From NCBI GenBank assembly GCA_964016885.1, contig OZ024745.1, positions 124,992,001-125,056,000 on the forward strand: a stretch of 64,000 nt of DNA. Reading direction: 5' to 3'. The notes below the pieces were generated by a model. It was given only the letters and a program-made list of their open reading frames with translations, did not search any database and had not been told where the DNA came from. The position numbers and the translations under genes are program-made. Positions within the stretch are counted from its first letter, which is position 1. Each line of letters begins with the position of its first letter. Origin of the DNA: Eledone cirrhosa. Taxonomy: Eukaryota. Positions 57,700 through 64,000 of this stretch are shown piece after piece.

Positions 57700-58230
57700 G
57701 TGTTTTAAAACCCAGTACAATGCGGTAGTAAATAAGAAGAAGTGATGTTAAATGAAACAAAACCAAATGTTTTGTCCAGTGTATTTTAGCATGATATTTC
57801 CGGACTACAACCCTCTTCTCAGATGGGAAGAGGAAACAGTCCAAGACAAAGCAAACGAACGAGTAGAGTTTTCAGAGCTCTCATATCTAACTTATCCGAT
57901 GTGTTAGGAAAATGCATATGCGCGCCTGGGGCTGCCATAATAAACATTCCGCCTCGTGCCTTTCTGACCTGTTATTTATCTCTGGTTTTAATCGGTACAT
58001 GAACATGGCTTCCTTAATTCTTATATATTCCGCATTCCTATCAATCATCTCTATGGTGACCAGAACCTCTAGGTTGTGGCCTCTGTCAAGATGTTTGTTG
58101 ATGGAAGAGAGTATCATTGTCAGGTGTTCCTTGATCCACGTATGTAGTCTCCTTATCGTACATCCGATACACGAGGACCTACAACTTTTGCACGTGATCT
58201 TATAGACCGCATACACTCATATTCAAACAT
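57700..58230 (-). mobile_element. PLE 3' end: GIY-YIG domain plus downstream pLTR with decayed hammerhead (~57790-57825)
   Basis: AVYKITCKSCRSSCIGCTIRRLHTWIKEH..RIKEAMFM..LKPEINNRSE (ORF 57887-58216). Confidence 0.85.
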
Positions 58231-59347
58231 CTGCATATATATATATATATGTATGTATATGTGTGTATGTGTGTGTGTGTGTGTGTCAGTTTGAGTGTGT
58301 GTGTCAGTGTTCGTGTGTGCGTGTGTGTTGATAAGCTAACGTCTGTATAAATATTATATGTGGAAATTCATTTGTGTGTGTCTATGACAAATTTTTCTCA
58401 ATTTGGTACTTCATTCCCGAGAAATATCTCTTCTGACTCAGTATAATTTGAACCTTCACTTTTTTAAGTGCTTGACGTTAAACGACAAGAAGTTGAGATT
58501 TATAGTGGCCAATGACAAGTGAGCGATTGTCCGCCAGTTTGCAGCATCACGTGATTTTCTATTGGTTGATATTCTCAAATGAGTGGCGGAGGAATTGTGT
58601 AATAGACACCTGGCAGATCTTCCAGTTTCAATCTATATTGGATTCAGCTAACTGAATTAAATTATCCATACACTACTTCTAATGCCCAGGACATTTATTC
58701 TGCTCATTAGCACCGGTATTTATATAGATGCATACACACAAAGATACAATCACACACATATGTACTGATATGTGTGTGCTTGAGAGAGAATTATATATAT
58801 AAATATATATATATACAGAGAGTGAGAGAGACAGAGAGAGAGGGTGGGGTGTATATATAGAGAGAGCGAGGAGTGAGAGTATATATATATAGAGAGAGAG
58901 AGAAAGAGAGAGATATTTAATAGATATATTTATGTCGAAAGAAACATTTTAGATTCTCTGGTTATAATCTGCTAAAGGCATTTATATGGAACAATACAAT
59001 TTGATTTATTCACTGATAATTTATCGTATTATGGGAAATGGGTGTCCATAACATTATGTGTTATGCCTTCATCATAGAACATTCTCCCTCATAATTTTAT
59101 ATACTGACGAACGTTATGAATCTTTCTCGCAATATATATCTATGTATGATAATCACACAGTTGGACTAATGTCAGATTCAGTTCAATATGATATAATTAT
59201 TCATTGTTTAGAGGAGAACGTTTGTATACTTCAGTTAGTATTGATTAGAAAATTTATTTCACTTTTTTCCATGTTTTAGTCGTTATATTTTTCATCTTCA
59301 GGATTTGATTTTGTATGCCATCATTGTCTTCATTGTCTCTCTCTCTC

Positions 59348-59395
<48 letters not shown>

Positions 59396-62300
59396 TGTGT
59401 GTGTGTCTGTGTCTGTGTGTGTGTTTGTGTATGTGTGTGTGTGTGTGCGTGTGCGCGCGTGTGTGCGTGTGCGCGCGTGTGTGTGTGTGTGTAAGCGAGT
59501 TCGTGTGTTTGCTACAATAAATGTGTATATAATACATAGTGCATTGTTTTACAGATATACATTCAAATTCCACAGAATATGTCTAAAAATATCCCTTATA
59601 ATAAATTGATATTGTTTGGTCGAACAATATAGCTACAGATTTGCTTTATTTCCCATATTAATTTACATTATTGTGTATATCATTTTTGCTGATGTTCTAT
59701 TGAAGGACAGCAGATTTCAATGTAGATAAAGCGAAAAATGGTGGCATGACATACCCTTCTATGAGTAATATCTTAAAAAGGACTTATAGATTAGATATGA
59801 ATTCTTAATGACGTTATATATAACCATATTTACAAAGAGTATCTATCTCATTGTGACGTTTTCTTGTTTTCGTTATTATGATTATGCTGTTGTAGGTATT
59901 TTTATTGTCATAGTCAGAGAGCTAAAGGAATTATAAATACCTAAAATCATTGTAAGTTTAGCATATATACTACATGTGCCCTATATATATTCAGTTTCTA
60001 CATATGGCATTAGAAATAGATGATCGTGAACGCCACGTGTAAAAGCCTCTCTGAAAATTCTCAAGAATATTTTGATAGCGATTAATATCCTTATTATATA
60101 ATAATATAACTATGTTTTTAATAAATAAGTATTACATATTGTTACTGTTGTGTGTAGCCTTTGTTATATACATCGACATTAAATTTTGTATGGCATTTTG
60201 ATTTGATATTTCAGAAATGTGTAGTAAATAAGTTATTAGAAGCAATTTACTAGAATATGTTATGCCTGTATTGATAGGAACACTATGAAAATTATTCTTA
60301 TTTTTAGCCAATAACTTTTTTGCTTATTGTTTATCGCAGCAGGTTTCTATGTTTTATTTACTATATATATACGCACTTCTGATATTATCTTAGTCTGGGT
60401 AGCGTTTTCAGAACTAATGAAAGTGGGAAACAATTGATGTTAGATAGATAATTTCTGCCATTCTTAAATATTGTTGTTTTATATACTATTATCTTTATAC
60501 TGATCTTTGGCAATTATCGGTTTCCATGCTCTCATTGATTATCACAACATAAATATATTACTAAAATACATAGTTACATCGTAACTCTGAGCATACAACT
60601 TGTTTTCCACATAATCTAGAATATTATTCAATTGTTCAAAAATAATTTTAGCAAACCTTTCTTATTTTTCCTAATTTGATATGAGGAAAATATAAAACTA
60701 GATGGACAAATACATTGAAGAAAGTTTCTTCTTACATCAAAAAGGCTTCTACGTCAATATAGTTCTCCCATTATTAAGAAACGGGGCATCTTCAGGCTAT
60801 GTGAACATCTTCAGGCCTCATATTTGTATTTATATTACAACTACTTGTAACTCTAATACAGATAGATAAATTGCTATAAGCCTATAATATTAATGCATGA
60901 TCTATGAAAACCTTGTTATATGTATTGTCCATTTCTGATTTATTGAAATGCTCATTGTATGGATTTGTAATATTTCTTGACTATAAATTAATATTTCAAA
61001 TACGAAGACCTACATTTCTCGGTCGATACCAATTCTGGGTAGTAATATTAACCTACTGACAATTATTTACTTATTATTCGAAACTATAATTTCGAATGCG
61101 ATAATTAATATTAATCCTTAAAACAATATTTACCTAATTGATTTCCTATCTACAGCTCCATACCACGACATTATATCGACCAAATGAAACACGACGCTTA
61201 CATAGGACTTATTTATTCGATATTAAAACGCTGATACGTGAGATAACTTGAGAATGAAATAGGTACAAATAATCACGTTTTGTTGCACGTTTCATGTGTG
61301 ACACATGTACATATATGTATATGTACATTTGTTAAACATATACAGTGAATATATTCCAGCTTTCCTGTATAAATTTACAACCAAGGGGTGTCTATTACAT
61401 TTTCTATAGTTTCTCCTTAATATATTTTGCATAACTAAGCATAGAAATGAAGACAACAGTTGATACCTTCACAAAATTATCTGCGAACATATTTTGTTCC
61501 ATATCACTATCGAATGACATTAGTCATGTCTGGGTTAATAAACAACTAACAAATAATTGTTAGTTGTTTACTACTATTACGTTCCAGGAGTTCAGATCAG
61601 CAGATAATATCAACAATAAAAAAGAAGGGGAAACAAAGAAAAGAAAGAATATGGAAATATAGAAAAAAAAGGAGGGTATTACAGTTATTATTCTGCCCCT
61701 GATTGAATGTATTGGTGTTTCCGATTTTCGAACTAGCTTATATATAACATGTGATATTTAAGTATTTCAACGTAGATGTAGAGAACCTTTCGAGCAATGC
61801 TCAATTATCTGTACATCATCTAATGTGGCTCCTCTTGGTAAATCCGTAGATTGTTCGGATACTGTTCTGATAGTCGAGCAATCATATAGTCTTGTGTTTT
61901 CCGTACGTTATCATTCAATGTTTTGTGACCACTCAGCATAATCTATCGTTATCTCTCACTTATGTTAGGTTTTGTATATTGTATACATCACCCGTCGAAA
62001 CATATGGACGTATTTATATTACTTCTCGTTGAGCATAGAAAGGGTAGTTTTCGAATCTCATTGCAATCTCTCGTGAAACCACAAAATAACAAAATTAAGA
62101 ACGAGGTCTGCAGTAATGCGAGATAAAACTTAAAGGCCAAGCTATATGCCAATGCTATTTTCGTGCTCAGAAAATAATATGATTACAGTTTGAAGAAAAT
62201 GTGAAGAGGTTGTGATAATTCAGATTTCAGAATCCTTGGCCTCAAGAAAAGCCCAGGTGTATTGACAAAGTACTAATGAAATGCATCTACAATTAATCTA

Positions 62301-63550
62301 CAAACATCCATCATTATTTAACATATACGACCAAATATTGCTCAATAATGTCAGAGCTGATATTTTTCAAATCATAGACTCTAAAATATGAAGTGTTTCT
62401 GGCTTCTCTATATTTAGATGATATGTCCCTTGCTGTTTCTCACCCTCTCAAATATTTCCAATTAATGTTTCACCAATATTTGTAAGTGATCATAACAAAT
62501 AAATTTACACAGATAGTATATAGATATATGGATGCGCCACACTCACACAATCATGTTAATGTGGCAATTTCTTCCAGCCGAAACTAGCATCAGAAGGTCG
62601 TACTAAAAAGAGCATATCGCGTAAACATCCAAATATACAGAATAGAGTTACGTTTAGGACCTTAAGCATTAACACTTCTTAAATAATAACTACATTGATG
62701 CCAGTTCACACATTCTTAGTTTGAGAAATAAAGACTAATAAATGATTTGAAGATGAAATAATTTCGCCCTAAATCTGATGTATGTGACAAGACTAATAAT
62801 TGACTATATTTCACTAATTAATTTTAGAGGAATATCTTACATAATTAATGTTCACAATTGAGTATTCAACATGTATTAATTTGTGTGTAGAATTGAACGA
62901 TGATAAGTGGGAAAAGTTCCATGACTCAAGGCTTGATAAATTAAAGTCTTAAAACTTTCGAAATTGTTATAACATTATCTTAATTTCTTGTCAAATGGAA
63001 TGTCTGGTACGATTGGAGCACCTGATTTTATAATTACGATACAAATTAATTCCTTTAGACATTAGTACCATGTGCTGAGAGACCAGTGACTCAGAAAACC
63101 ATGATGGATTTGTAAAATACGTTGATGGTGTGTAATCTGCAAACTGTTATGAATCGTATAGAGATGATCCTCATTTCACAGTAACGCTATACAACCGTTT
63201 ATCTCTATGACTGTGATGAGTTTCTGCATTAAGCTTGAGTTAGTATGTGTATGTTATAAGGGTTCACAACTATTTAGCAGCTTGTCAAACTTAACATTCA
63301 TTTTAGAATTTCATACAGAATTATTGGTTGGTGTAGAGGTGTTCTCGAAAGTATTCTGGCCCCAGGGATTGGTTGTTGTAGCAATTTCCATAGACGTTGC
63401 AGGAGAATAATCATGGGTAATTTCAAAACAAAGTAATCTAGAATATTACAGGGAAAATATGTAGGGTATGAATTATCTCAGAACACAGGAAAGCGGATTA
63501 TAAGTTGGGTAGAGAGCGTTAAATTGTAAGTCTTTTCAAATCCAGTTTTT

Positions 63551-64000
63551 ATAGGCTGTCCCAAATATGATTGTACACTTTCCTTTTTTTCTCTTTCTTC
63601 TCAGGTATCAGTCAAGATGATGTGAGATCTCCAGCATTTGATATCTTAGGCCTTGGTGGTTTTTGACAGCATAGTACACCTCTGCCCATGGCTAGACAAT
63701 TGACGTTGGAGCAGCGTTACAAAATTGCCACCTGCCAAAAAGATGTTTAGTCCCCGACTGCAGTTTTATGTGAGGCTAAAACGATTTATTGCTGTGTCAC
63801 AATTCCAGCTATCTATGAGAATGTCCTCAAAACAGGATCTGTTTTTGACATACCATGCAGTGGATGACATGCTACCACCACCATTGAGGAAAACAGCAAA
63901 TGTTTTAACAGGTGTTCTAGCAAGTCAAGGAAAGGTCCACACAGGTAACTGCATTGGACTCAGTAACAAAAGCTCGATTCAGCGGACGCTTCTGAAATTG
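63551..64000 (+). mobile_element. Decayed Tc1/mariner-superfamily element, running off the window end
   Basis: TIR-like taggctgtcccaaa; MARQLTLEQRYKIA from 63688; KTGSVFDIPCSG*..EEN resembles the HTH-region TGSV.D..RSGRP. Confidence 0.65.

Overview
AT-rich eukaryotic, non-genic DNA, most likely octopus (inferred from a SINE family resembling Octopus SINEs and the very dense (TA)n/(CA)n/(GA)n tracts). I cannot support any intact host gene; most ORF-track entries are translated microsatellites. The window is a transposon graveyard: several Penelope-like element (PLE) RT/GIY-YIG remnants, RTE and R4-like LINE remnants, a probable LINE ORF1 5' fragment, mariner and Tc1-like remnants, and tRNA-derived SINEs. 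The main signal is about 16 recognisable type I hammerhead ribozyme (HHR) motifs, plus several decayed ones, from roughly 9 sequence families. They sit in PLE pseudo-LTR (pLTR)-like modules inserted at (TA)n tracts. Nearly all have a self-complementary stem III (dimer-type HHR), and two families carry a compensatory U3:A8 core. Three occur as large foldback palindromes with one HHR per arm (19.7-20.0, 43.3-44.3, 46.0-46.4 kb). HHRs in PLE pLTRs are established knowledge. The density, family diversity, foldback architecture and local template-switch junctions are what merit follow-up. All coordinates and folds were read by eye and nothing was computed or searched.
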